Shown one piece after another: positions 1 to 13,362 of a DNA stretch of 31,515 nt (within the stretch, counting starts at the first letter, position 1; the number at the start of each line of letters is the position of its first letter). This DNA comes from Coleofasciculus chthonoplastes F2-STO-03 (GTDB lineage Bacteria; Cyanobacteriota; Cyanobacteriia; Cyanobacteriales; Coleofasciculaceae): NCBI GenBank assembly GCA_040222015.1, contig JAVJWO010000126.1, positions 1 to 31,515 of the forward strand. Reading direction: 5' to 3'. The notes below the pieces were generated by a model that saw only the letters and a list, made by a program, of their open reading frames with translations, made no database searches and was not told the origin of the DNA. Both the position numbers and the translations under genes were made by a program.

Positions 1-83
1 ACGAAAGTTGAGCGCAGTCCCTATCTAGAATCTTTGATTTAGATGGGGTTAGCGAAACAAAATAGCTTGTTAAGTGCCCAATA

Positions 84-100
84 ATACTATACAATAGTAT
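84..100. promoter_or_regulatory. 7-bp inverted repeat ATACTAT-ACA-ATAGTAT, possible operator of a gene outside the window
   Basis: Perfect 7-3-7 palindrome in an AT-rich intergenic region; target gene not visible. Confidence 0.25.
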
Positions 101-171
101 CAGGTACGGCGGCAGTTTGTTAACTTGTTCGGCACGACCTATAGAACCTAGAAAACTTAAGATAAGCGGTT

Positions 172-209
172 CCAGTAGAGACTATTTGTTACAGTAACGC
201 ATCTACTGG
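172..209. repeat. Degenerate GTAGAGAC...TCTAC REP-like palindrome
   Basis: CCAGTAGA...TCTACTGG ends with inner GTTAC-A-GTAAC; resembles the copies at 11554 and 13988. Confidence 0.5.
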
Positions 210-355
210 GTAAAAATCTTAGTGCGTTTATAAGACTTTTAGTCTTAGCTCCGATTCAGAAATGGCTTGGAGGGGTATAAAGGACCCAAGTTCCTGATAC
301 CCACCGAGAACAGCGGTTCCCAGTGGTAACAGCAGGGAAAGAATCCCTAACTAGA

Positions 356-1945
356 TTACTTGTAATTAGTTAGGGTCTGTTCAAACACAGGTATGAGATA
401 CTCTGACAAGGTAAAAGCATCCACACCCAACTCGGTGCGTTCCTGTGCGGCTAAAATTCCCGCTTGGGCGTGCCACCAAGCCGCCGCCGCGACGGTGGCG
501 TCTAGGGGAAATTTGGCTGTAGCGGGCTGTGCGACTAAACCGCCAATCAACCCCGTGAGAACATCTCCACTCCCACCACGGGCTAGGGCGGGTGTACTTT
601 CTGGTACCAACCAAACCGATCCCTGGGAATTCGCGATCGCACTTCTGGCGCCTTTTAATAAAATCACGGATCGACTCAACTGAGATGCCTTCTGTACCGC
701 GCTTACGCGATTTGGAAGTAACTCCGCCGAATCAGGAAATAACCGCTTGAACTCACCGATATGTGGGGTTAAAACCGTCGCCCCCTGACGCCGGATTAAC
801 GTGGGAATCGTTTTCAGTTCCGCCAAACTATTTAAGCCATCGGCGTCTAGGATTAGGGGACATTCCACCCCCATTAATCCTTGAACCAAAGACTTAGCAT
901 CCAGCGTCAAACCCGGACCACAGGCGATCGCACTAAATTTACTTAAGTTTACAGAATCAGGAAGTTGTGCGATCGCGCCACTGGGGGTTTCCGGACACCC
1001 AATCACCAGCGATTCCGGCACATGACTAACTAATAACAGTTTCAGCGAATCCGGAACCGCCACAGACAGCATTCCCACCCCAGACGCCCGCGCCCCCAGT
1101 GCGGTTAAAATGGCACCGCCAGAATATTGGGTTGAGCCACAAATCAGCAGCAGATGCCCTTCCTTATATTTATAGGTAGCGGCTGAACGTTTTAACGGCA
1201 GACAATCCCGCACCATTGAGGAAGTCACCCGCATGAGTCCCGGTGATTGACCCAAAACTGCCCAAATATCCGCCAAGGGGATACCGAAATCAATTAATTC
1301 CGCCTCCCCCAGATAATCCAATCCTTGATCTTGCAGGTAAGCCTGCTTCCATAACCCCAAGCAGAATGTGCGACTTGCCCGAATTGCCGTACCCAAGACT
1401 TCCCCGGTATCCGTGTGAATTCCAGAGGGTAAATCGATACTGAGGATAGGTTGAGATAGTTGATTCAATTGCTTAACCGTATCCGCCAGATTTCCTTCGA
1501 GCGATCGCGTTTGCCCAAAGCCAAACAATCCATCAATAATTAAATCACAATCCAGCAACGGCTGAATCTGCTCATAAAAAGGAATCCCCAAACTTTCAGC
1601 ATAGTGAGCATGGTGGGATGTTAGTTCCTTAAGCTTATTAATCGGACGATAAATCAGCACCTCGTAGCCCTGACACCGTAACTCCCGCGCTACCACCAAA
1701 GCATCACCACCATTATGTCCTGGACCCACTAACACACCCACGCGCCGCGTTTGCGGATAGGGATAAAGGGTTTGAATCCGCCTCGTAATCAACCCCGCCA
1801 CCTTTTCCATCAACGCCGCGACAGGCATTCCCGCCTCAAAGATACGCCCTTCAATATCGCGCATCTGCTCAGCGGTGACTACAATTTGTTCAATTTGTTC
1901 GCGTCGCTTTGTCAGTTGCACAGCAGTTATTCCCCATTTCACCAT
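356..1945 (-). CDS. nnr: Bifunctional NAD(P)H-hydrate epimerase/dehydratase (YjeF/Nnr)
   Basis: YjeF_N motifs GxGHNGGDALV, IIDGLFG, SIDLPSG; C-domain motifs LDADGL, LTPHIGEF, LKGA, GGSGDVLTG; exact start uncertain. Confidence 0.93.
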   Translation of the reverse strand: MVKWGITAVQLTKRREQIEQIVVTAEQMRDIEGRIFEAGMPVAALMEKVAGLITRRIQTLYPYPQTRRVGVLVGPGHNGGDALVVARELRCQGYEVLIYRPINKLKELTSHHAHYAESLGIPFYEQIQPLLDCDLIIDGLFGFGQTRSLEGNLADTVKQLNQLSQPILSIDLPSGIHTDTGEVLGTAIRASRTFCLGLWKQAYLQDQGLDYLGEAELIDFGIPLADIWAVLGQSPGLMRVTSSMVRDCLPLKRSAATYKYKEGHLLLICGSTQYSGGAILTALGARASGVGMLSVAVPDSLKLLLVSHVPESLVIGCPETPSGAIAQLPDSVNLSKFSAIACGPGLTLDAKSLVQGLMGVECPLILDADGLNSLAELKTIPTLIRRQGATVLTPHIGEFKRLFPDSAELLPNRVSAVQKASQLSRSVILLKGARSAIANSQGSVWLVPESTPALARGGSGDVLTGLIGGLVAQPATAKFPLDATVAAAAWWHAQAGILAAQERTELGVDAFTLSEYLIPVFEQTLTNYK

Positions 1946-2137
1946 CTTTGATTATTGCGCCATCAGACATGGATTGGCATCAGTCCCCTGAAAGATGAGC
2001 CATTTAAAAAATCTAATTCCCCAGTCCCCTTCCCTGAATCAAAATTATAGGATGTAGTGACCCGATAACCCATAGCCGTAGAAATTATTGACCAGCAATT
2101 ATCTAAACTATCATTAGATTAGCCACGAAATAAGCCA

Positions 2138-2218
2138 ATGAAAACAACCAATAAATCGTCTCCAGCTTACGAACTCGACTTTTATGGATGGACACAGGAA
2201 CAAGCAAAACTTCTCCAG
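2138..2218 (+). pseudogene. 5' fragment of a DUF29-family gene
   Basis: YELDFYGWTQEQAKLLQ matches the typical DUF29 N-terminus; similarity stops after 27 codons. Confidence 0.7.
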
Positions 2219-2219
2219 G

Positions 2220-2470
2220 TTCAATTAAACGTAAAGGCTTCTGATTTCCATGAAGACATTTTGCCTGCCGATTTTTCAGGCGTTCCTTACCCCGAACTGC
2301 TGGTTCCGACCAAACATTCGTAATTCCATGACTATGATGCCATTTATGACCAAGCCTTAATATGAGGCGCATACCAATCAGCTAAATCTGCTGGTGTGGG
2401 CGGATCACCTGGGAAAAGTCCTAATCCATAAGCACCATCTGAGATGATAACCGTTGGCGCTTGCCAAGCA
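2220..2470 (-). pseudogene. Internally deleted remnant of a beta-class N4/N6 DNA methyltransferase
   Basis: WQAPTVIISDGAYGLGLFPGDPP...WYAPHIKAWS* (motif IV-like DGAY), then in another frame SHGITNVWSEPAVRGKERLK...HGNQKPLRLIE (NVW...HxxQKP). Confidence 0.7.
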
Positions 2471-2621
2471 GGGGGGAACGAGGGGGGACCGGAGTTGGGG
2501 TTAGGGGATGAGGGTGAAACGGTTTGATGCGTATAGATACACAACCCAAAGGCTTACTATCATTGATGTTCACCTTAAGTTGACACGGATGAAGGCTTGC
2601 GCCCCACATAAGTACCTCTTA

Positions 2622-2676
2622 GAGGTTTGTCGTAAGATGCGATGCGTTTATAGCGCTAAAGCGCTTACTACAAACC
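2622..2676. repeat. REP-like element of the AGCGCTAAAGCGCTTACTACAAAC type
   Basis: Hairpin AGCGCT-AA-AGCGCT followed by TACTACAAAC; related to 6030-6116. Confidence 0.5.
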
Positions 2677-4149
2677 TTAAAACCGTTCCACATCCTTAAA
2701 CTGGGCTGATTTTTGAGCATTCGCAGCTTCCCCACAGGTGCGCGGCGTGGGAAAGACTTTTCCGGGATTCGCCAAGCCTTTGGGATTAAACACCTGATTA
2801 ATCCATTTCATTGTCTCCAAATCCACCTCACTGAACATATCGGGCATAAAGCACTTCTTATCGGCACCAATGCCATGTTCACCCGAAATACTCCCACCCG
2901 CATTTACACAAAGTCGCAGAATTTCTCCCCCTAATTCTTCTACCTGTTCAAAGGCACCGGGAATTGATTTATCGTACAGAATCAGAGGATGTAAATTGCC
3001 ATCGCCAGCGTGAAAAACATTGGCAATCCGATAGCCATACTTTTCACTTAAGGCTTCAATTTCTTTCAGCACTCCCGCCAACTGTGTACGAGGAATTACC
3101 CCATCTTGGACAAAATAATCGGGACTCAGATGTCCCGCCGCCGCAAACGCGGCTTTGCGTCCTTTCCATAGTTTTAACCGCGTTTCTGGGTCACTGGCGG
3201 TGGTAATCGTTCGCGCTCCATTCTGTTGACAGAGTTGAGTCACCCGCTGTTTGTTGGTGCTGACTTCTACTTCTAACCCATCCAATTCTACTAATAAAAT
3301 GGCGCCCGCATCTCTGGGATAACACCCTGTCGCCACTACATCTTCTACCGCATTAATGCTGAGATTATCCATCATTTCCATTCCCGCTGGAATAATCCCC
3401 GCACCAATAATATCGGCAACGGCTGCACCGGCGGCTTCTATGCTGGTAAAATCTGCCAAAACCACACAGATGGATTCTGGGGTTTTGAGAATTTTCAGGG
3501 TAATTTCTGTGGCAATTCCTAATGTGCCTTCGGAACCCACAAATAACCCCGTTAAATCATATCCCGGCATTTCCGGAATGGTGCCACCGACATCGACAAT
3601 TGACCCATCGGGAACTACCAGTTTTAACCCCAAAACATGGTTTGTGGTTACACCATATTTGAGACAATGAACCCCGCCCGAGTTTTCGGCAACATTACCG
3701 CCAATGGAACATATAATCTGACTGGAGGGGTCTGGGGCATAATAGAATCCTGCACCACTTACGGCTTGAGTCACCCAGTTGTTAATAATTCCAGGTTGAA
3801 CCACAATCCGTTGATTATCAAGGTCAATATCCAGGATACGCTTCATCAAGGCGGTGACGATTAAGACACAATCTTCTACGGGTAAAGCACCGCCCGATAA
3901 GCCTGTGCCTGCACCTCGCGCCACCCAAGGGATATTATAGCGATCGCACAGTTTTACAGCAGCAGCGACTTGTTCAGTCGTGCAGGGGAGTACCACCAAG
4001 GCGGGGCGTTGGCGATAACTGGGTAAGCCATCACATTCGTAGGTGAGTAATTCTTCCTTGCGGCGAACTACACCTTTTTTACCGATAACGGCTTCAAATT
4101 CCTTGATAATGGGTTTCCAGTTCCGTTTGGGCTTGGCTTGGGTCAACAT
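2677..4149 (-). CDS. glcD: Glycolate oxidase/dehydrogenase FAD subunit GlcD
   Basis: RGAGTGLSGG, YAPDPSSQ, GGNVAENSGGVHCLKYG, GSEGTLG, HAGDGNLHP, SGEHGIG. Confidence 0.93.
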   Translation of the reverse strand: MLTQAKPKRNWKPIIKEFEAVIGKKGVVRRKEELLTYECDGLPSYRQRPALVVLPCTTEQVAAAVKLCDRYNIPWVARGAGTGLSGGALPVEDCVLIVTALMKRILDIDLDNQRIVVQPGIINNWVTQAVSGAGFYYAPDPSSQIICSIGGNVAENSGGVHCLKYGVTTNHVLGLKLVVPDGSIVDVGGTIPEMPGYDLTGLFVGSEGTLGIATEITLKILKTPESICVVLADFTSIEAAGAAVADIIGAGIIPAGMEMMDNLSINAVEDVVATGCYPRDAGAILLVELDGLEVEVSTNKQRVTQLCQQNGARTITTASDPETRLKLWKGRKAAFAAAGHLSPDYFVQDGVIPRTQLAGVLKEIEALSEKYGYRIANVFHAGDGNLHPLILYDKSIPGAFEQVEELGGEILRLCVNAGGSISGEHGIGADKKCFMPDMFSEVDLETMKWINQVFNPKGLANPGKVFPTPRTCGEAANAQKSAQFKDVERF

Positions 4150-4280
4150 AGGTCGATTTCACGAGTACAGCTACGGGGAATTCGTCTGAAACGGGTTGAT
4201 AAAATACTATTTTCAGGGAATTAAGATGTTTCTTTCAACCCTGCACATATTGCCCTCTTCGTCAACCCTTTTTATTACGC

Positions 4281-4982
4281 TTATCGCCTTATGCCATTTG
4301 AGGAGTGGTTAGTTTGAAGCAACGGCGACAGATAGGAGTTTTCGGGTTCTTGACTCTCCTCCTCCTCATGTTCCGCTTGAATATTGCATCGCTCAGCGCT
4401 GTAAACATAAACGCCACCCGTTTCAATTTTATAGACCCAAGCATGAATATTAATCAGACCCCGATACAGTTTAGAGTGAACGGAGGGATAGGTCTTGAGA
4501 TTTTCAATCTGTGTCAAAATATTCTCTTCAATCGTCGCATTCAATAAGTCTTCACCTTCAGCATCCTGATAGTTTTCCTGAATAATCCGGCGTGTCGCTT
4601 CCGCGTATTTTAACCAGTCATACACCAACGGCATTTTCTCAGTAAGTTCTCCCAGTTGTAGGAGTCCCTTCATCGCGCCACAGTGAGAGTGACCGCAAAC
4701 AATGATATGCTTAACTCCTAAAGCTTCAACCGCATATTCAATCGCCGCCCCTTCGCCACCTGCGGTAGCACCATAAGGCGGGATAATGTTACCCACATTG
4801 CGAATAATAAACAGTTCTCCCGGTTCTGTTTGCGTAATCAGATTCGGATCAATTCGGGAGTCGGAACAGGTAATGAATAGAATTCTGGGGTGTTGTCCCT
4901 CACTCAGGCGTTCAAATAGTTCTCGGTGGCTGGTGAAGTAGTGGGTTTGGAAGTTATGGACGCCTTTTAATAACTTTCGCAT
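4281..4982 (-). CDS. Beta-class carbonic anhydrase (CcaA/CynT-like)
   Basis: Zinc ligand motifs CSDSR and HSHCG; GELFIIRNVGN. Confidence 0.92.
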   Translation of the reverse strand: MRKLLKGVHNFQTHYFTSHRELFERLSEGQHPRILFITCSDSRIDPNLITQTEPGELFIIRNVGNIIPPYGATAGGEGAAIEYAVEALGVKHIIVCGHSHCGAMKGLLQLGELTEKMPLVYDWLKYAEATRRIIQENYQDAEGEDLLNATIEENILTQIENLKTYPSVHSKLYRGLINIHAWVYKIETGGVYVYSAERCNIQAEHEEEESQEPENSYLSPLLQTNHSSNGIRR

Positions 4983-5152
4983 CAGACAATCATTCCTTAT
5001 CGTGCGATAACACTATCACACTTTAGGGAAAAGTTAGAGGGATGGATAGGCTATTTTGCTGTAATCGTGAGCAAACGATTCGATTTTTGCATCGTCAGGA
5101 TAGTTGATAATCTGGGGAAGTATGTGCCGTTTTCAGTGCGATCGCCCTACAC

Positions 5153-5548
5153 TCAAGTAAATGGATTTAAAATTAAAATACCACAATCTTCAAAATCACG
5201 GATGTTTCGCGTTACCAGAGTAAGTTGATGGACTTGAGCAGTAGCAGCGATGAGCATATCGGCTTGAGAGCGAGGTTTGCCTTGGGTTCGCAGTTGACCT
5301 CGCAATTCGCCACAACGCTGGGCGATTTCAGCCGTAATTGGCATAATTTGGCAATAGGTGTTCAAGAATTGATTAAACCAGTTTTGTATTCTAACATTGG
5401 GTTTTGAGGTTAAACCGTAAGTAATTTCTTCTATAGTAATCACACTCAAGACGATTGAGGAAACCTCATTACTCCACTCTAATACTCCTGGATTAGGTTG
5501 GGGACGTGCTAGTTCGCTAATAATATTGGTGTCACAGAGAAATGTCAC
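5153..5548 (-). CDS. vapC: VapC/PIN-domain toxin (131 aa from GTG at 5548)
   Basis: FLCDTNIISE, DMLIAATA, LVTRNIRDF PIN motifs; start overlaps the antitoxin stop. Confidence 0.88.
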   Translation of the reverse strand: MTFLCDTNIISELARPQPNPGVLEWSNEVSSIVLSVITIEEITYGLTSKPNVRIQNWFNQFLNTYCQIMPITAEIAQRCGELRGQLRTQGKPRSQADMLIAATAQVHQLTLVTRNIRDFEDCGILILNPFT

Positions 5549-5822
5549 GGAAATTATCGATAAAAGGATTGAGACGATCAGCGCGAGTTGGAATTTCAAT
5601 GGTATAGTTTTCCTCAGCACAAAGCTGACGCAATTGGGCAAAAGCATCTGCTAAGGAATGTTGACGATGCTGTTGCTGCCAAGCGAGGAATTCCTGAAAC
5701 GTTTTGGCTTCAATAACAGCAGCTACAAGTTGATCTTGGTTGTAAATTAGTTGCGGTTCGATACGAGTGGCACTAATTAATTCAGGGAATTTATGCTGGG
5801 CTTGTTCAATTTTCCAGTTCAT
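5532..5822 (-). CDS. Phd/YefM-family antitoxin
   Basis: MNWKIEQAQHKFPELI...EPQLI Phd-like N-terminus; overlaps the PIN gene by 17 nt; alternative start at 5843. Confidence 0.8.
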   Translation of the reverse strand: MNWKIEQAQHKFPELISATRIEPQLIYNQDQLVAAVIEAKTFQEFLAWQQQHRQHSLADAFAQLRQLCAEENYTIEIPTRADRLNPFIDNFRDISL

Positions 5823-5997
5823 TGAGTTTTCTTTTCGTGACATATCGTCAGTTGGTGGGTATTGCTAATTTAACATCTGAGAGCTATTTGGGGAGTATGT
5901 CAGCAATACTCATTCTACAATATCTGCCAATATCTGCGATCGCGATCCGGTGTAGGGTGAACCAAGTCTATTGATAATTGAGCGCAAGTTAATTATT

Positions 5998-6116
5998 GGG
6001 CGCACGCCCCGTGCGCCCCGAAAACTCATGAAATCCGGGGCTAAAGCCCCTACTACGAACCCACTCTGTAATAAATAATGCAGGCGTTTATGGCGAAGAC
6101 AGCGCAACTACAAACC
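5998..6116. repeat. Cluster of REP-like palindromes
   Basis: GGGCGCACG-CCC-CGTGCGCCC, GGGGCTAAAGCCCC-TACTACGAAC and a degenerate ...CTACAAAC copy. Confidence 0.55.
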
Positions 6117-6148
6117 TACCTTAAGTTTATTGATATATTGTCTCGAAA

Positions 6149-7045
6149 TTATTTTACACTTTGCCAAACTTGATTGACTAAATCCGGACTATCTGCGTCA
6201 AACCATTCAATGTCTGGATACGCCCGAAACCATGTTCGTTGACGCTTGGCAAATTGTCGTGTATGCACAACTATTAACGCTTTTGCCTCAGATAAGGAAA
6301 TCTCTCCCGCCAAATAGTGTTTCATTTCCCGATATCCTAAGGTATCTAAAAGCGGCAAATCCCAGCCATATTTATCCACCAATGTTTTCACCTCTTCTAT
6401 TAATCCGGCTGTCACCATTAGTTCGGTGCGCTGGGTAATACGGTGGGTGAGGGCGTCAGCGTCTTGACATTGCAAACCAATTTGAAGCATGGGATAATTT
6501 GGTGGATTTTCACCTTGCTGGTCGGATATGGGGATTCCCGTGATGTAGAATACTTCTAATGCTCGTAATGTTCTGACTTGATCATGGGGATGAATTTTTT
6601 CAGCCGCCCTGGGATCGACTTGTTGTAAGAAATTATAGCATTGAGATTGACCTAGAGATGAGAGCTGCGATCGCAAGTCTTCATTAGGTGCTACTCTAGG
6701 AATCTTTAATCCCCGAACGATGGCTTTAATATACAAACCTGTACCCCCTACCAGTAATAGGGGCGAAGGGAGAGACGCAATCAACTCTTGGGCTTGTTCC
6801 TGATAGTCGGCTACGGTTAATGTTTCGGTGGGAGCGCAGATATCAATTAAGTAATGGGGGACTATCTGTCGTTCGGCTACTGAAGGTTTAGCCGTACCAA
6901 TATCAAACTCCCGGTAAACTTGACGGGAATCTGCGCTTAATATTACGGTATTTAATCGCTGCGCTAATTCTAACGCCAGCCCCGACTTTCCCGTCGCCGT
7001 CGCCCCACAAATCACAATGAGCTGGGGATGTTTGTTATTGTTCAT
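6149..7045 (-). CDS. miaA: tRNA dimethylallyltransferase
   Basis: GATATGKS, SADSRQVY, DIGTAKP, VGGTGLY, TRQFAKRQRTWF. Confidence 0.96.
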   Translation of the reverse strand: MNNNKHPQLIVICGATATGKSGLALELAQRLNTVILSADSRQVYREFDIGTAKPSVAERQIVPHYLIDICAPTETLTVADYQEQAQELIASLPSPLLLVGGTGLYIKAIVRGLKIPRVAPNEDLRSQLSSLGQSQCYNFLQQVDPRAAEKIHPHDQVRTLRALEVFYITGIPISDQQGENPPNYPMLQIGLQCQDADALTHRITQRTELMVTAGLIEEVKTLVDKYGWDLPLLDTLGYREMKHYLAGEISLSEAKALIVVHTRQFAKRQRTWFRAYPDIEWFDADSPDLVNQVWQSVK

Positions 7046-7113
7046 TGTTCATTGTTCATGGTTCATTGTTGATTGACAAAATTATTTTCTCCCCTATCTC
7101 CCCTATCTCCCCT
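7038..7113. repeat. Short tandem repeats (TTGTTCA)n and (CTCCCCTAT)n
   Basis: Heptamer and nonamer tandem units visible at the miaA 5' end. Confidence 0.7.
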
Positions 7114-7230
7114 GCCCAATCAAAAGCAAGGTCTATCCCCTCTATAAATATCTCTTCAGACTACTCTGTAGCCGCCTTTAACCCTTTTGTGTTAAAATTT
7201 TTGAGTGTTTTGTCATTTTAAAGCATATAA

Positions 7231-11487
<4,257 letters not shown>

Positions 11488-11553
11488 GTTTCCCGGTAGC
11501 AAGGTTTAGATCCCCCTCCCATCCCCCCTTTTTGGGCAAATCACCAAAACCCT

Positions 11554-11581
11554 GTAGAGACGTTGCATGCAACGTCTCTAC
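11554..11581. repeat. Perfect 28-bp REP-like palindrome GTAGAGACGTTGCATGCAACGTCTCTAC
   Basis: Self-complementary, GTAG...CTAC ends. Confidence 0.85.
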
Positions 11582-11586
11582 AATCT

Positions 11587-11655
11587 TAGGACTACCTGTA
11601 GGGACACGGCATTGCCGTGCCCCTACTATATGTGGCGTTTGTGCGTAAGTCCTGA
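11587..11655. mobile_element. Degenerate MITE (TAGGACT...TGCGTAAGTCCTGA) enclosing a GTAG palindrome at 11598-11626
   Basis: AGGACT/AGTCCT terminal inverted match; inner GTAGGGACACGGCA-T-TGCCGTGCCCCTAC. Confidence 0.5.
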
Positions 11656-11660
11656 ATCTG

Positions 11661-11679
11661 TACATAACCTTGTTATGTA
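11661..11679. terminator. Hairpin between convergent gyrB and PEP-CTERM genes
   Basis: TACATAAC-CTT-GTTATGTA stem; AT-rich and no clear U tract. Confidence 0.25.
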
Positions 11680-11754
11680 TACAGGATTTGGTCTTACTGG
11701 CTGGAAAAAAAGTGAAACACCCTGATAATCAAACCAATTAATCAATTCAGATTA

Positions 11755-12756
11755 TTAGTCGGCATTCTTTTGTTTTTTGGACTGTTGGCGCTTGAAGAAC
11801 GCCCCAAATCCTAACGCCATACCGGAACCTAGAATCGTTAGCGGTTCGGGAACAGCTTCTGGATCAGGCAAATCATCTCCTTCAAATAGTACCGAACTGT
11901 TTCCATTGTTCGGAGCAACGATGTGGAATTCTCCACTTGTTCCCGTCACTGACTTGGCAATCAATTGTCCATTAATATGACCATTCGAGAACTCATTGTA
12001 ATCAGCGAACGGAGCTAACACGCTGCCTTGCCAAGAGAAATTAAGAGAGTTGAGCTGCGTAGCATCAGCAAAGTTGAAGAGAACCTGGTTAGCCCCAGCG
12101 CCATTGGGATTCCCATTGAGATTCATTTGAAAACTATTCTGGAGATCGAATGGGTTCCCCGTTACGTTCACCAATACTGTCGAGTTTGCATCAAACTCAA
12201 GATCGAAACTACTTGCAGAGGCTAAATCTGATGCATTAAGCTCAAAAACGTTGAGGTCTGAACTGTTACCCTTTAATTTGAGCTCTCCCCAGTCTTCCTT
12301 GATAACTGTACCGTTGGCAGCCAAATTCCCCAATTGAGTCGAATAATCTTGGTAGAATCGCTCAGCCGCATCAAAATCAATGGGATTTCCTTGTTTTACC
12401 GTCAAGTTTTCAGGTCCCACATTCGTGAGATTTGCCTGACCACCGACAACAACCTCACCGACGAATACTTGACCTCCGTTATAGTTTAAGTCGCCGCCAA
12501 CGACTAGAGTGTCACCCGCACCCTCAGCAGGTAACTGTGTCGCCGTCCCAAAATTATTCAATGTTGCATCGCCACCAACGGCGACCCTACCGTGAGCATC
12601 AGAGTTAACGTTGAGATCATTAAAGACGAAGACATTAAAATCTTGGGCTGGACCAATCAAAGCCGCTTGAGCGGGGATAGAGAGGCTGAGGGCTGCGGTA
12701 GCTCCTAAAACTGTACTGGCACCGGTAACTGCGATTTTCGTTAAAGTCTTGTTCAT
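11755..12756 (-). CDS. Choice-of-anchor A-like surface protein with cyanobacterial PEP-CTERM sorting signal
   Basis: Signal peptide ending AQA; FNVFVF, GRVAVGG, VLFNF, GSVLAP, NGQLIAKS; C-terminal VPEP + TM helix + basic tail. Confidence 0.85.
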   Translation of the reverse strand: MNKTLTKIAVTGASTVLGATAALSLSIPAQAALIGPAQDFNVFVFNDLNVNSDAHGRVAVGGDATLNNFGTATQLPAEGAGDTLVVGGDLNYNGGQVFVGEVVVGGQANLTNVGPENLTVKQGNPIDFDAAERFYQDYSTQLGNLAANGTVIKEDWGELKLKGNSSDLNVFELNASDLASASSFDLEFDANSTVLVNVTGNPFDLQNSFQMNLNGNPNGAGANQVLFNFADATQLNSLNFSWQGSVLAPFADYNEFSNGHINGQLIAKSVTGTSGEFHIVAPNNGNSSVLFEGDDLPDPEAVPEPLTILGSGMALGFGAFFKRQQSKKQKNAD

Positions 12757-12845
12757 TGTTTTCCGAGTTTAGCTACTTGAACAGTGGAAGTGGTTTACCC
12801 ATTTATCTATTTGTTCTCATCATATTTTGATTCAGGAAGGGTTGG

Positions 12846-12974
12846 GTAAAGCTTCTGTAAAGATGCCTTAGATACTTTATAAAAATTTTGTAAAGATGAC
12901 GAATCAATTATTTTATGGGATATTTATAAACTTGATATAAAGAGTTCCCACAATTTAATAAAGATTTGATGAAG
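12846..12974 (-). promoter_or_regulatory. Four pairs of 11-bp-spaced CTTTAY-like half-sites upstream of the PEP-CTERM gene
   Basis: Plus-strand RTAAAG-like hexamers at 12846/12857, 12879/12890, 12926/12937, 12958/12969. Confidence 0.55.
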
Positions 12975-13290
12975 AGATGTATTGCTAACGAGAACTGCCC
13001 CCCCGATCGCGGTACTGGAATTACCCCGTTGCTTGATGGGAGCAGCTAGGGCAACGATCACCCGATGAGCTGCGATCGCGTAATTTAACGGATTCTTGAG
13101 CAATTCTATTCCGGGTCTTGAGTTAAGGCTTAAGGTTTAAATTTTTCATTTTATTAGACTCGCTTTTTTCTCCAATTCACTTGAAAAAAAGTAAATAGTT
13201 TGCTATTTTAACGATAAATTACTGGCAAAATCAATCGTCTTTCGATTAACTCTTTACATAGAGTCTGTAGAGTTTTCATAGAGTGTTCCA

Positions 13291-13358
13291 GGGAGCAAGA
13301 TGCTCCCACTACCCATGACAAATGACAAATGACCAATGACCAATGACCAATGACCAAT
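13291..13358. repeat. GGGAGCAAGATGCTCCC-ACTAC palindrome followed by an STRR2-type (ATGACMA)n tract
   Basis: Six heptamers at 13315-13358, reverse complement TT(G/T)GTCA. Confidence 0.8.
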
Positions 13359-13362
13359 ACCA

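Noticed and set aside
194..206. NtcA box GTA...TAC
   Set aside because: Spacer is 7 nt rather than 8 and the site lies within a REP-like palindrome
5549..5647. Hydrophobic N-terminal extension on the PIN ORF
   Set aside because: Alternative frame of the antitoxin gene; PIN similarity starts at 5548
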